This document shows, one piece after another, positions 28,850 to 42,270 of a DNA stretch of 64,000 nucleotides. A model generated the notes under the pieces. It did not search any database, was not told where the DNA came from, and saw only the letters and a program-made list of their open reading frames with translations. This DNA is from Octopus vulgaris. Its lineage: Eukaryota. Each line of letters opens with the position of its first letter. Within the stretch, counting starts at the first letter, position 1. The stretch covers positions 32,922,001-32,986,000 of the forward strand of contig OX597832.1 in assembly GCA_951406725.2 (NCBI GenBank). The letters run 5' to 3'. The position numbers were made by a program, and so were the translations under genes.

Positions 28850-29160
28850 GAACAGAAATAAATATCTTCCATCGATGCCTTTACAACTTGTAGTTTTGTA
28901 TCACAAGGAAGTTTATTGCCGTTTATGAGTTTCTCAAATATCATAGGAACATCAACAGCTTGAAACGATATCGAACGCCTGTCGTTTGTTTTACATAATT
29001 TATCTTTCTTTGATTTAGTTAATGCAGAAACGATTGCATCCAAGATGATTTTTTAGAGATTTCAATACAAGAGGAAGGAACGGTTTCGAGGCTGACACGA
29101 GATCCAGGTGATTACAGATGAGTGGACACCTTCAGTTGTATCCAAGGGACAGGCAGTAGT
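28850..29160 (-). mobile_element. Decayed LINE RT N-terminal fragment (CR1/L2-like)
   Basis: DAIVSALTKSKKDKLCKTNDRRSISFQAVDVPMIFEKLIN resembles WK.A.V.PI.K..D.....NYRPISL..V..KIFEK.I; upstream SLETVPSS resembles SL..G.VP..W. Confidence 0.5.
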
Positions 29161-29577
29161 GTTAAAATCTAAAAACCAAGTAAAGAATTAGGCCTTGTCT
29201 GTTTACGCGGTTCAGCACAGTTTCCGATTGCAAATATACTTTATATATACGTTACACTATGCCATGGCAGCTGGCACAAAATTTGTCACATTGTTGAATT
29301 GAACCAGAAATTACCAAAGGGGAATTTTTAAACATATCATTTCGCTGTCAGCCTTCATCTGCTGCTCCACCACTTATAATCATATCACGTTAATCTTTGT
29401 TAAACCCGGCGAATGTTTAACCTCAGCGGAGCAGAACGATCGTAAAACTGTATGAAACAAGACTGATTATATGACTTGCAAGATCAGTTGCATCTTGGAC
29501 TTGCACACAGACATTCTCTCTTCAGTTTTAGACCCTACTTCAGGGCGAATCTGAGGTGAGGGCAATATATAAACCGC

Positions 29578-29775
29578 ATTTAGCACGTCGGGCGGAATGC
29601 TTAGTGTATTTGGTCTGTTTTTACGTTCTGAGTTCAAATTCCGCAGAGGTCGACTTTGCCTTTCATCCTGTCTGGGTCGATAAATTAAACACCAGTTGCC
29701 TACTGGGTTCGCTCTATTCGACTGGAGACCTTCCCAAAATATTTCGGGCCTTGTGCCTAGAGTAGAAAAGAATAA
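29578..29775 (+). mobile_element. SINE family A (well preserved)
   Basis: ttagcacgtcgggcggaatgcttagtgtatttggtctgttttt acgttctgagttcaaattccgcagaggtcgactttgcctttcatcc...tactggg...atttcgggccttgtgcctagagtagaaaaga. Confidence 0.85.
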
Positions 29776-30447
29776 ATAAACCACGTTTCCTTGGGATAGA
29801 CATTAGTCGAAACGAACTAAGTGTTAAAGGATTTTTGAGGCCAACTGCTTATTCACGAGTGCAAGGTCGAATGCTCTGCTGATCAGACAAAAATATTGCA
29901 TATATTTTAAAATAGATGCCTAACGTGAGAAAATGCTAATAACTTCAAATAAATATTAAGTGAACATAGTAAAGCAATAAATCATAAATAATATATTCCA
30001 AATGTAAAGTTGTTAAACCAAAAAAAAAAAAAAATAATAATAAATGCTATTGTTTATAGATGAGGAAAATAAATCATCAGCAATGATATAAAGCCGTCGG
30101 TATAATTAATGCAAATTCTGACGTGGTTTTGCTTAATACAACAGATCAACAATAAGCAGTCACAAAACGCAATCAATGGTGTAAACCGTGCACATTTTCA
30201 ACTTGGTAAATCCATATTGGACTATTAGCAATTCTAACTACAATTACCAGGCATTTTTTGGACTACTATTTTCACGCTTGATATATTTTGAACTGCTACT
30301 TACATTTAGTAATTCGTATGTCGAGATAGCATATACTTGAATATACTTTGTAATAATGACAACACTTCAATGACTATGTATGAGTATATCTACTACGTTT
30401 AGCCCTCGTCGAGATATCACTTTGGTGAAAATGTTCTATTGGTAACA

Positions 30448-30575
30448 TGGCGAACTGGTAGAATCATTAGCATGCGGGGAAAATGTTTGCGGCGTCCTGT
30501 TCGTTTTTACATTCTGAGTTCAAATTTCACCGAGGTCGACCTTGCCGTTCCTTCTTCGAGATCGATAAAATAACT
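30448..30575 (+). mobile_element. SINE family A, 3'-truncated
   Basis: tggcgaactggtagaatcattagcatgc...attctgagttcaaatttcaccgaggtcgaccttgcc...gatcgataaaataa. Confidence 0.8.
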
Positions 30576-31747
30576 CAGACACCCATGCATGCATACACAC
30601 ATACATGCATACTTGAGCATATACACACATAGATAGATAGATAAATAGATAGATAGACGGACAAACAGACAGACAGATAGATAGGTATGTAGGTAGAGAG
30701 ACAGACAGATATATATATATAGATAGATATATAGATAGATAGGTAGATAGACAGACATTTAGATAGATTAAGTTATTCATTGATTGACTGACAGATAGCT
30801 AGACAGACAGGCAGATTGCCAAGCAGACAGCAATATAAATAAATAAGCACAATCCTCGCGTAGTTTTATCTTCTTTTTTTTTTTTTGCTGTTTGAAAGTT
30901 TCTTGCCGCAATATAGTAGAATAATATGTAGAAACACTGGTTAGGCTGTTTCAACTGAAGGAATTTAAGAAAAAGAAAGATAGTTCCAAAATTAACAGAA
31001 CGAGAACGAAGAGAGAATTACAGACCAAAATGTTGAGTATAATATAGAAAATTCGAAAATTCGAAATTGAAGAATATTCGAATTGTAGAACAGAAGTTAA
31101 ATTCCATAGAGAAGACAAATGTGTGATGTAGAGATAGAGAAAAAAAGAAGAAATAATGAGCAGTGACTGGATGAGCGTGAATGAAGATTGTAATGGAAGA
31201 AAGAAGCACAAGATTAAAGAAGTTAAGATACAGCTTTTGAAATATACAACAGGTAATTTGGAAGTCAAACAGATAAAAGAAATACTTAGACATAAAGAAG
31301 TGATTTGATTTTCAACTGCAGGAAGAAGACTCAAGATTAGAAGATTACTAAAAGAAGCAGACGTGACTGGGAGTGGGCAGGAGAAGGTGCTATGTAGCGC
31401 CTCAAAACGACAAGAAGAGGAAGATGGAAAATTTGAATTAAAAATAATGAGAATAACTGAAAGAAGACGCAACGAAAGAGAAAATGAAAATGAAAATGAA
31501 AATGTAGTTTAGCTTGAAGTAAAAAAGAACATTTTGAATTACGTGTAAACGAAAACTAAAACCTACCATCTTATTTTGTAGACCACCACGTTTTTGTACA
31601 CGCGCACACACATAACACACACATATGTACACATAAATAAACATACACACACATATGCCTACACATACCTACACGAGGGCATATATATATGCACACACGC
31701 ACGTATGCATACGATTATATGAATATATATATATATTTACATTTATT

Positions 31748-31827
<80 letters not shown>

Positions 31828-31876
31828 TATTTATGTTAATACACATATATAGGTATATGCATTTTTATATACATAC

Positions 31877-31959
<83 letters not shown>

Positions 31960-32699
31960 CACATATTTATACGTATATGTGCGTATGTATATGTGAGTGT
32001 GTGTTGTATGTGTATATGTATGTATATGTATATATATTCGATAAGACATTAACACCTGCGTCTACCTGAGACGTTGGTTTATTTGCTATTGGATGATGAT
32101 AGATATGCTTAACGTTATTCTCACCGACATCATATCAATGATGTTATATTCATTGGAGAAGGAATGCATGAAAAAATATTCTTTAGCATAATATATTATA
32201 TATTGTTATCAGAAACGGATTTACTTTAAATATGTGTTTTGCGACGTGAAACTTTAAGATGAACGAGAAAATAATTGGCTGAGAAGGTTTTTATTTATTC
32301 TGGATCTTTTAACTTATTTCGATTTATACACAGAGTTCCTTGCGCACGTGCAGAAACTGTCATGCTGTAACATAATTATAGAGAAAGCTTTATATTCCTG
32401 TAAAAATTATAGATGATCCTTAAATAACTTTAACGTGGAATCATATACACTATGACCCTGTACTGTTCTATGAATCTTAAGCGAATTTAGTAACACAGAA
32501 CATGGAGAAGTATTATAAACGTGTAAAAAGGAAATATATTTTACAGAACCGGGCAACTCAAGTTGTCAGCTGCCTACCAGGTATCAGTGTGGTTTAGACA
32601 TCTTAATATGGGGTCACTTCTTTCGTTGGTACTAAATGGCCTTAAGAATAAGGGCCTGCGGCGCTTTGAGAATATAGGAACAATCATCTCGTAAACTGA

Positions 32700-33210
32700 T
32701 TTCAAATAAGAAACGTATGTCTCGAACGGAAGAAACTTGGTCGGCTTTAGCCCGTATCCAAGAATTTGCTTCCGTCTTTGCTGAGCGTTCCCTCGATGGC
32801 GATTTATAATGTCCAGTCTTTCTCTCCTGTCGTTTGATTTTTGTTCCTTCTCTGTTCTAGTGGCTTCGAATCATTTTGATTCCGGTGTCGATAGAACACT
32901 GCCGTCGAAGACACTGTTTCATGATGAGCGACTCAATGTTTCTGACTGTTGGTAGATAGCAGCACTTTATTATTAGTCATATAGTATTCCCATTTGTTGA
33001 TGAAAGCCTTCAAGGTTTTGGATGTCACGACGATATGGAGTCCAGGTTTGGCAGTCATATAACAACGTAGAAATGACAACAATATTGTAAGCCATAATTT
33101 TTGTTGTTGAGCCCAGGTCTTTGTTGTTAAAGATGCGAATGATTAGCTTTCCAGATGCCCCGCAGGCGTCTCCAATTCTGTGTTCCAATATATCACCAGT
33201 TAATTTGTAA
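32700..33210 (-). mobile_element. RTE-clade LINE C-terminal fragment
   Basis: EHRIGDACGASGKLIIRIFNNKDLGSTTKIMAYNIVVISTLLYDCQTWTPYRRDIQNLEGFHQ matches the RTE pattern RI.KAS.AFG.L..R.W....L...TK..VY...V...LLYG.ETWT.Y.R....LE.FH; downstream TNNKVL. Confidence 0.85.
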
Positions 33211-33435
33211 ATTACGATCTACATTGTTAGCAGAGCAGTAAAACATATGTCAGGATAATCTCAAGGGAAAAATGTGACGTTGCTTTGTTAAATACGTTCT
33301 GGCTGTGGACATTTGTATATTTATTAGAAACCAGCTCGTACATGGCAAGGAAACTTCGGATAACTAAGAAATGGAGGATAGCAAGATTATCTGTCTGTCA
33401 GTGTGGCTGTCCGCCTCTCACTCTCCCTCTTTCTT

Positions 33436-33484
<49 letters not shown>

Positions 33485-33889
33485 GCTGATGAATATATCT
33501 CAAAAGAGAGGTATGTATATATATATATATATATCGATGCTTTTATAGACACATATATCTTTTTTTAAATACATTCATTGGAATGTACGAGGAATAAAGA
33601 CAGTATCTCCAATTTTAGAGAATAGTAGAGTTTCCATATATAACTTTTAATTTCATTCCAATGTCTCTTCCCAACCTTTCCCTGCCACTTTCTTTATCTC
33701 TCCTTCTCTATCGCTCTCCGTCCTTTCCTCTCTATCTCTATCTTGCACTCTGTCTTATTCACTCTGTCTATCTCTCTACCAACCTCTCCCTCTCCCTCTT
33801 CCTCTCTCTTAGCCCATCAATCTACGCCTTTACTAGCAGTTTGTTTTTATTTTGTCGGTACATAATTCATTATATGCCTATCTAGAATC

Positions 33890-33894
<5 letters not shown>

Positions 33895-33930
<36 letters not shown>

Positions 33931-34274
33931 TTTATTATTATTATTATTATTATTATCATAATCATCACTATTACTAATACTACTACTACTACTGCTGCTA
34001 CTACCACTACTACTACACCAACTACTAGTAGTAGTAGTTATAGTAGCAGCAACAGTAGCGGTAGCAGTAGCAGCAGCAGCAGCAGTAGCAGTAGTAGTAG
34101 TAATAGTAGTAGTAGTAGTAATAATAGTAGTAGTAGTAGTAGTATTAGTAGTAGTAGTAGTAGTAGTAGTAGTAATTTAATTCCATTTCCTGCTGCCCTT
34201 CTCATCCTTGTTCTTTCTTTCTACTACCTTCCTTCATCATCATCATCATTATCATCATCAGTGCTATTATTATG

Positions 34275-34325
<51 letters not shown>

Positions 34326-34420
34326 GTTGTTGTTGTCGTTGTTGTCGTTGTTGCTGTTGTTGTTGTTATAATTATTATTATTGTTATTGCTATTATTATT
34401 ATTATTAATTATTTTTATTA
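33895..34420. repeat. Compound trinucleotide block (ATT)/(ACT)/(AGT)/(AGC)/(CAT)/(GTT)
   Basis: Directly visible. Confidence 0.9.
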
Positions 34421-34699
34421 TCGCCACCCTTACATTCCTTCAACCTCATCATCATATTCTCGCTTCTCAATTGTTTCTGCACCCTTCTCCTATTTCGTCT
34501 TCTTCCTTCTCTACATTCATTCCTTCCACTGGTCTTCTTCCTTATCCTCTTCTTCTCTTTGATTAAATGGAGACGTCCCCACCCACGACCACCATCGCAT
34601 CACCGTGATGCTAAACCAATGTTGTGATGTGCTGGTGATACTAATGTGATTAAAATAATGCTACCTAACTTAATTAGGATTTTCAAGGATGAATATACT

Positions 34700-34726
34700 A
34701 GGATGTATGTATATAAATAGATACAT

Positions 34727-34776
<50 letters not shown>

Positions 34777-34913
34777 AAATATAAATATATACACATAAAT
34801 ATATCTATATACATAAATATGTATAAAAACATATCTATATACATAAATATGGATATAAATATATTTGTATACATATATATGTAAATGTATATGTATCTAT
34901 CTATATATGTATG

Positions 34914-34964
<51 letters not shown>

Positions 34965-35101
34965 ATATATATATATATTTATTATGTATATATGTATATG
35001 TATACATACATATATGTAAATATTTATATATATATATTTATTATGTATATATGTATATGTATACATACATATATGTAAATATATATATATATATTTATAT
35101 G

Positions 35102-35132
<31 letters not shown>

Positions 35133-35221
35133 TTATTATGTATATATGTATATGTATACATACGTATATGTATATATATATATATATATACATACATATA
35201 TATGTATGTATATATATATAC

Positions 35222-35305
<84 letters not shown>

Positions 35306-35751
35306 AAATACACTCTCACACTTATATACACAGTTATATGCGTGAGGGGAGAGACAGCGAAAATAGAGAAAAGCTATATTTGGGAAGGAAATGAGGAAAT
35401 ATAAAATTACAAATGGTGCTATACACTTTGCGATATCTCTCCACAGTGAATACAAACATATTAGATATTAGCAGTATTTTTTTTTTAGACTGGCGCGGAA
35501 ATGATATTGTGTGACATTCACTTCTTTTATAGATACGCTGCGTCAATAATGACATTGAGGAAACCTTGGACGCCATTCAGTACTATGAAACGTTCTGTAA
35601 TAACTTGCAGACAGATGTTGCTCTCTGCGATATTCACTTAACTTCTGTTGTGTCACGGATGGAAATTCTCTTTGTAGGAATTAGTCTTTTTGAAGCAACA
35701 TTCAACAGAAGTCTTTCTAGACGAAATTAGCATGTTATATAGCATTGTTGG

Positions 35752-35826
<75 letters not shown>

Positions 35827-35864
35827 TACATACATATATATATACAATATATATATATATATAT

Positions 35865-35923
<59 letters not shown>

Positions 35924-35987
35924 CATATACATACATACATATATATATACACATATATATATATATACATACATATATATATATATG

Positions 35988-36038
<51 letters not shown>

Positions 36039-36041
36039 TTA

Positions 36042-36101
<60 letters not shown>

Positions 36102-36289
36102 GTATATATATATATGTATATATACATATGTATATATATATATACACACACACATATATGTATGTATATATATATATGCATATATACACACATATATGTA
36201 TGTATATATATATGCATATATATGTATATGTATATATATATGTGTATATATATATATATATACACAGATATACATAAACATACATACAT

Positions 36290-36336
<47 letters not shown>
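34700..36336. repeat. Two very long interrupted (AT)n/(ATAC)n/(ATGT)n microsatellite fields (34700-35302, 35753-36336) flanking a ~450-bp unique island
   Basis: Directly visible; source of many YIYIYI ORFs. Confidence 0.95.
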
Positions 36337-36337
<1 letters not shown>

Positions 36338-36769
36338 TTAATCAGTGTTACTTCATGTTTCCTTGCCAGTAAAGAAGGAGACGATTTCTAACCTTCTCTA
36401 ACCGTCATTTGAATTCCAACAACATCAACGGGATGTGTTTGTATGTATGTATGCACGTATGTATACGTGCAGATTTGTATGTTTTCTGCCATGTATGTCG
36501 TCTCATGCATATACTTGCATATCTAGACATGCTTATTTATGTAGACGTATGTGTGTGTGTATGTCCTTCTGTCTGTGTTTGTCTTGGTTCACTTTGACAA
36601 ACAAAATCTGCAATGAATTTTTCAGTAACTCTCATTGCTGCATTAATTACCGTTCCATGTTCGTGTGTTTTACACGATACACACATAGTAATTAATGTCA
36701 GATATGTCTTACGTATATTTATTGGGCATCACCAAATCATAAGTATTCCCAGGAAATTCTTGTAATCAG

Positions 36770-37080
36770 ATATTCATCTACGGCCAGCTTTCGAGGTTTG
36801 AGATTGTGTCTCAAAGTTACGCACGTCCTACTGAGGTTCACCGTATAAATCTCAATGGCAGTGGTTGTTCTACCATAATATCATGAGATTTCTGAGAAAA
36901 CTCGTGAATTGTTAAGCCTGTAAAGGGCTCCAAGTCGACGCACTCTTAGCAGCTGTAAATAGATATTCAGACATATATCCATACTTATGTTTTACGGGGG
37001 ATAAACCAAACATCCCGAGGTGCCTCGCTGCTTGCGGTGAGAATGACATTCACGCTCCTCGTCATTACCAACAATTAAAC
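36770..37080 (+). mobile_element. Possible highly decayed RTE LINE 3' fragment
   Basis: Scraps DCVSK, QWLFYHNIMRF and RAPSRR resemble RTE C-terminal W.DFVSN, RQLRLYGH.R.P and RPRGRP; many disruptions. Confidence 0.35.
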
Positions 37081-38014
37081 GGAATTTGCACACTTCCCAT
37101 ATTAGGGGATGAGTTTTATTTATCAGAATGTAAACAAACATATGCTGAAAACTAAAGTGTCGTCGTTTTTATGGTTGACGACAGGATAACAATTCATAAA
37201 ATACCGTTGCGTTTCAAGCTAAATACACAAATATACGGTGCCTCACGCCTCTTCTCATTTACAGCAGAACTGAAGAAGTTAAGGAGCTGATCAAATATCA
37301 AAATGTATTTTGTCAAACCAAGTATTGTGAGGGATCAATCCCATTCACAAAGATTCTAACTGCGTTGCTTCAAGCAGATGTATCGAACTCCGAAAAATGG
37401 AGACTTTCCAGAGCAACTCAGGTATACTTTTCCTATTTTTTCTGTTTTTTTCTTTTTTTTTTTTTGCCAGGAACAAGGACATACAACTGATGACATTGTC
37501 TCTGAGTCGGGAAACAAAGAAGCAGTGATTTATTTCGTTTATTTTTTACACGGTGTACAATCAAACAGAAGCAAATTTATTTTAGATTCTTCCGAATCTT
37601 AATGGTGATTGTACTCATTAAATTCATCGATTTCTTTTCCAATAAACTAATATTTAACCCCAAGAAGCCATCATCATTTCCTCTTGTCTGGCATTTTAAC
37701 GCAACCTTGACAGAGTCCACTGGTTTCTCCAATAATACAATCATTACAGACATTATTGTATTCAACTAGCAATAACAAGCAAGGTATTTGTGAAATTTTA
37801 AATGTTATCTCTGTTCATTCTCAGTACAACTAATCCGAAGTATTCGAACGATAACTACATGAAGGATAAACGAACTAATTTTCTTTGGACAGTTCTGTCC
37901 CGTATTTATTTAACGCTCCATTAATTACGTTGACGTATGAACAGTTAAGCGGGGAACATTATGTCGTCGCTCAATCTTCGTGGAATAATGAATAATTGTG
38001 GATATATTGTAGAA

Positions 38015-38370
38015 GAGTAGTATCCAGGCATATCGAGTTCAGTGGTGTTTAATTCGTCATTACCGGGAAAATGGAAGGCAAAGTTGATGGAGGCAGGATT
38101 TCGATGAAGTATGTTAACGGTCGTAACTGAACCATGAATGGGATTGCTTTACGATGGCTACCTCATTCCAGAAATAATTCAAATTTTGGCATAGGATATT
38201 AAGAGGAGGGAGAAGTCAGCTACATCGATCTAATCGTTCAAGAAGTTCTTATTTTATAGACCGCGGAAGGATGAAAGGCACTTTCAACCTCACCGAAATT
38301 TGAACTCAGAATGTAGAGTCGGACGAAATAGCCCCCGCTACTAACAAGTCTGCCAGTTCGCCGCCTTCCA
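38015..38370 (-). mobile_element. SINE family A (two reverse fragments)
   Basis: ggaaggcaaagttgatggaggcaggattt and ggatgaaaggcactttcaacctcaccgaaatttgaactcagaatgt...tgccagttcgccgcct. Confidence 0.7.
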
Positions 38371-38850
38371 TTCAATGAATTATAGATATCCATCAGTGGA
38401 AAAAATCCCCTACCCTCCCTTATAGATACTGAATACAGACATGGAATATTTGGGGGAAATATAAAGATGAGAAGGTGACTGATTTCAGATCGGAGGGATC
38501 AAAGTCGACCTCGGGTTCAACGCTGCTACAAATAAAACTTAGAAGGAAATAATCAATAACAACAGCAACAACAACAAAAGCTGACTACTGTTTGAATCAA
38601 TTAATTAGTGATACTTGACGGGTGGCTAAACATCAAGAAGAAAAAAAACAACAGCAGCGGCAACAAGGTCACAGACTTTGGTATCGATTACCGTAAAACA
38701 ATTAGAATTTTTTGAAATTGATTTGTAATGTTTCTGCACAATTTAATCCCGGATATTGCCCTCTTCCTCTTTCTCTCTCTCTCTACTTTCATTTTTACTT
38801 TCTCTTTTGCTGTATACTTCCCTCTCTCTCTCTCTCTCTCTCACTCCCAA

Positions 38851-39038
38851 GTTATCTCTTTAGCTCATTCTCTCTCCCCTTTTCCTCCTCACCTTCCTCT
38901 TCTCTCTCTCTTTCTGTCAGTCTGACTGTGCGTGTATGCGTCTCTCTCTCTTGTTATCTCTTTAGCTCATTCTCTCACTCCTTCTCTTGCTCATCTTCCT
39001 CTTCTCTCTCTCTCTCTGTCAGTCTGTCTGTGCGTGTA

Positions 39039-39055
<17 letters not shown>
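38851..39055. repeat. Two-copy 102-bp tandem duplication within a (CT)n tract
   Basis: gttatctctttagctcattctctc...ctgtcagtctg.ctgtgcgtgtatgcgtctctc starts at 38851 and 38953. Confidence 0.85.
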
Positions 39056-39083
<28 letters not shown>

Positions 39084-39944
39084 CTCAACGTGTTGTCTTG
39101 TTATAAATTGGCAGAGAGAAACATTTCAAAAATCGTCAAAAAGCGGGATCCAAAAAGTAAATACAGCTTCTCGTAAAGCAATGTCCCACTAAAAATTTTC
39201 AATCTCTGCATACTTACATTTGTTCCTCGTGGGCCAGATACAATCAGTATATGGTTAACGAAGTATCTGACACGGGATACACAGACAACTTGGCTTCAAT
39301 CACATTTCAAAATCAAGCACCAAATTGCAATTCTGCAATGTAGACAATAGCAGATCCTTAGACAGCAGAGAGGTATCCTTGGTCACAGCCTGGATGAGAT
39401 TCGGACCCATGAGAGTTCTGGGAGTTAAGTTCACAAACACTCGCATGCAGGGGCGGGTTTTTCTCATAAAAATTGGTGTTTCTTAGTTTCACTTTGAATA
39501 TACAAATGCGTGTGTGTGCGTGTTTGCGTCCGCATGTGTGCCTGTGCGTGTATGCAGGTGGGCATATGTGTGTGTGTGTGTGTGAAGGTATGATCGATTG
39601 TGTGTGTATGATACGTACTGCGACTAAATATTTGCCGATACTTGTTCAAAACTTAAAGACAACTTTCTATTTTTTTCTCATAATTACTTTTCAACAACCA
39701 CCAACCCCGCAACCACTACCACCACCATCACCACCACCATCACCACCACCATCACCACCACCACCATTCTACCGTCGCATAGAATTGGCAAATTATATTT
39801 CATTTTTTAAAAAATTATTAAACTTTTTAGACCTTGTGGACATTCTGCAAACTGTTTCAATTATCAGAAATGGAAATTATCTGTTTTCTAGTTTTCTATT
39901 TCATATTTTGTAGAAGAAAATACGATAAAATCGAAGGCGGCGGC

Positions 39945-40004
<60 letters not shown>

Positions 40005-40566
40005 GGTGGTGGTGGTAGTGGTGGTGGTAGTGGTGGTGGTGGTGGTGGTGTGGTGGTGGTGGTGATTACGACGACGACGACGATGATGATGATGGTGTGG
40101 ATGATGATGATAATGATCTGAACTATATTACATTTAGTTAAGACATCGAAAAATATTATTTCAAATATATTCTTTGGCTGACAATGGCAGCAAGTTCCAC
40201 AAAGAAAAACTTTCATCATTTCGATTCTTTCTAAATTTTCAATTTTCATTTCTATTTTTTATTTTTTTCATTCTTATAAATTTCCTCCAGCTTAGACTGT
40301 CTGGACAATCGTGGTTCATATGGAATCGGTTTCTTAAATGTTTTCATTCTTCCGTCGACAATTTCAAAACGGTGAAGATGGTTATGAAATCTGACAAACT
40401 TTCTGTCTCATTATAAAGTTCTGTCTTTTGTGATTTCCAATTCTCTTGTCGTTGAAAGTCTTCTTAGTATTCTGTTAAGTTTAGAGTAATGGAAAGGAGT
40501 ACTGAAGTAGAAGGAATTAATTTTTTAATTAATTAAACTGTTATAATAACATCGGGTCTTTCATAA

Positions 40567-41151
40567 GGCAGCGAGCTGGCAGAAACTTTAGCACGCCGGG
40601 CGAAATGCTTGGCAGTATTTCTTCTGCTGTTACGTTCTGAGTTCAGATTCCGCCGAGGTCGACTTTGCCTTTCATCCTTTCGAGGTCGATAAATTAAGTA
40701 CCAGTTACGCACTGGGGTCGATACAATTGACTTAATCCGTTTGTCTGTCCTTGTTTGTCATCTCTGTGTTTAGTCTCTTGTGGGTAGTAAAGAAATTGGT
40801 AATTCGTCTGTCGCAACGTTCTGAGTCCAAATTCCGCCGAGTTCGACTTTGCCTTTCATCCGTTCGGGGTCGATTAAATAAGTACCAGTTACGCACTGGG
40901 ATCGATATAATCGACTTAATACGTTTGTCTGTACTTGTTTTTCTCTCTGTGTTTAGCCCCTTTGTGGGTAGTAAAAAATTGGCATTTCGTCTGTCTTTAC
41001 GTTCAGAGTTCAGATTCCGCCGAGGGGTAGACTTTGCCTGTCCTCCTTCCGGGGTCAATAAATTAGTTACCAGTTGCGTACTGGGATCGATCAAATCGAC
41101 TGGCCCCCTCCCAAAAAATTTCGAGCCTTATACCTGGGGAAGAAAAGAATA
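40567..41151 (+). mobile_element. Family A SINE trimer (one head, three ~184-bp B-box/central-domain units)
   Basis: acgttc.gagt.ca.attccgccgag recurs at about 40632, 40816 and 40999; only the first unit has the A-box head ggcagcgagctggcagaaactttagcacgccgggcgaaatg. Confidence 0.9.
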
Positions 41152-41515
41152 TCGGGTCTGTAACAGAACTGTGAGAACGTGGTACTATTTTCATGTATTA
41201 AGTTATGCCCCTTTGCTCCTTAAATTTAAACGGTGAGGTCGGCTACGACATCCCTCATTCCAGGGTCAATAAAATATCAAATTTTCCAAGTACTCACCCA
41301 GATTTACATTCCATTTTCACTCATATCGAAAGCATACTTTCAGCTTTGCGTTCGATCGTCTGAATATCGATTATAACAAAATCGAAACGTAACATCAGAC
41401 CATTCTTTAATGATATTATCATTTCTCGAATTACTGATCTCGTTCCTACAGAGGAGCATTTGTAATTATATATGTGTGCGTGTGTGTCTGTGTTCGCCCA
41501 CACATATGTATGAAC

Positions 41516-41549
<34 letters not shown>

Positions 41550-41902
41550 GTTCATACATATGTGTGTGTGCATATATATATATAAATATAAGTAACAAAT
41601 GTGATGGCGGGTTATGGTCAGCACCGTTTATGCTAAAATAAGGGTTAAATTAACTTTAAAGCCACAAATCACTCTAATTTGATGACTAGCAAAGAGAGGT
41701 AAGTCCTTAGCATATGAAGCCGTATCGCGATTTCGAATCTTGGTGTTGATACCTTAAATCCCATCAGCGGATTTTAACTCCCAAGGATAAACTTAACTAT
41801 TAATTTTGCCTTCATGTTCCAATTGCTAATAAGCCAACCTTTTAAAGGGATATATAAATATATATGTGTATATGTAAAAATATGTATGTGTATCTATGTG
41901 TA

Positions 41903-41959
<57 letters not shown>

Positions 41960-42044
41960 AATAAAATATTAGGGAATAAATCCAAATTTACAGGGAAAAA
42001 TCAGATTTAGGATTGAATCCAATTTTAAAGTAAAAATATTATAT

Positions 42045-42270
42045 TATATTAAATTAGAGATAAAACCACTATTAGGCAAATCATACAATGAAAAACTTAA
42101 GCCAATACATAAGATTAATTAATTTATATTATTTTAAATATATATCAAAATTATTAAAAAAAGATAATTTTTTAAATAATTTTGATTTAAAATAATATAA
42201 ATTAATTAATCTTATGTATTGGCTTAATTTTTTCATTGTATGATTTGCCTAATAGTGGTTTTATCTCTAA

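Noticed and set aside
40732-41236. 120-aa and 161-aa ORFs with internal repeats
   Set aside because: They lie over the tandem SINE trimer; the peptide repeats mirror the SINE units.
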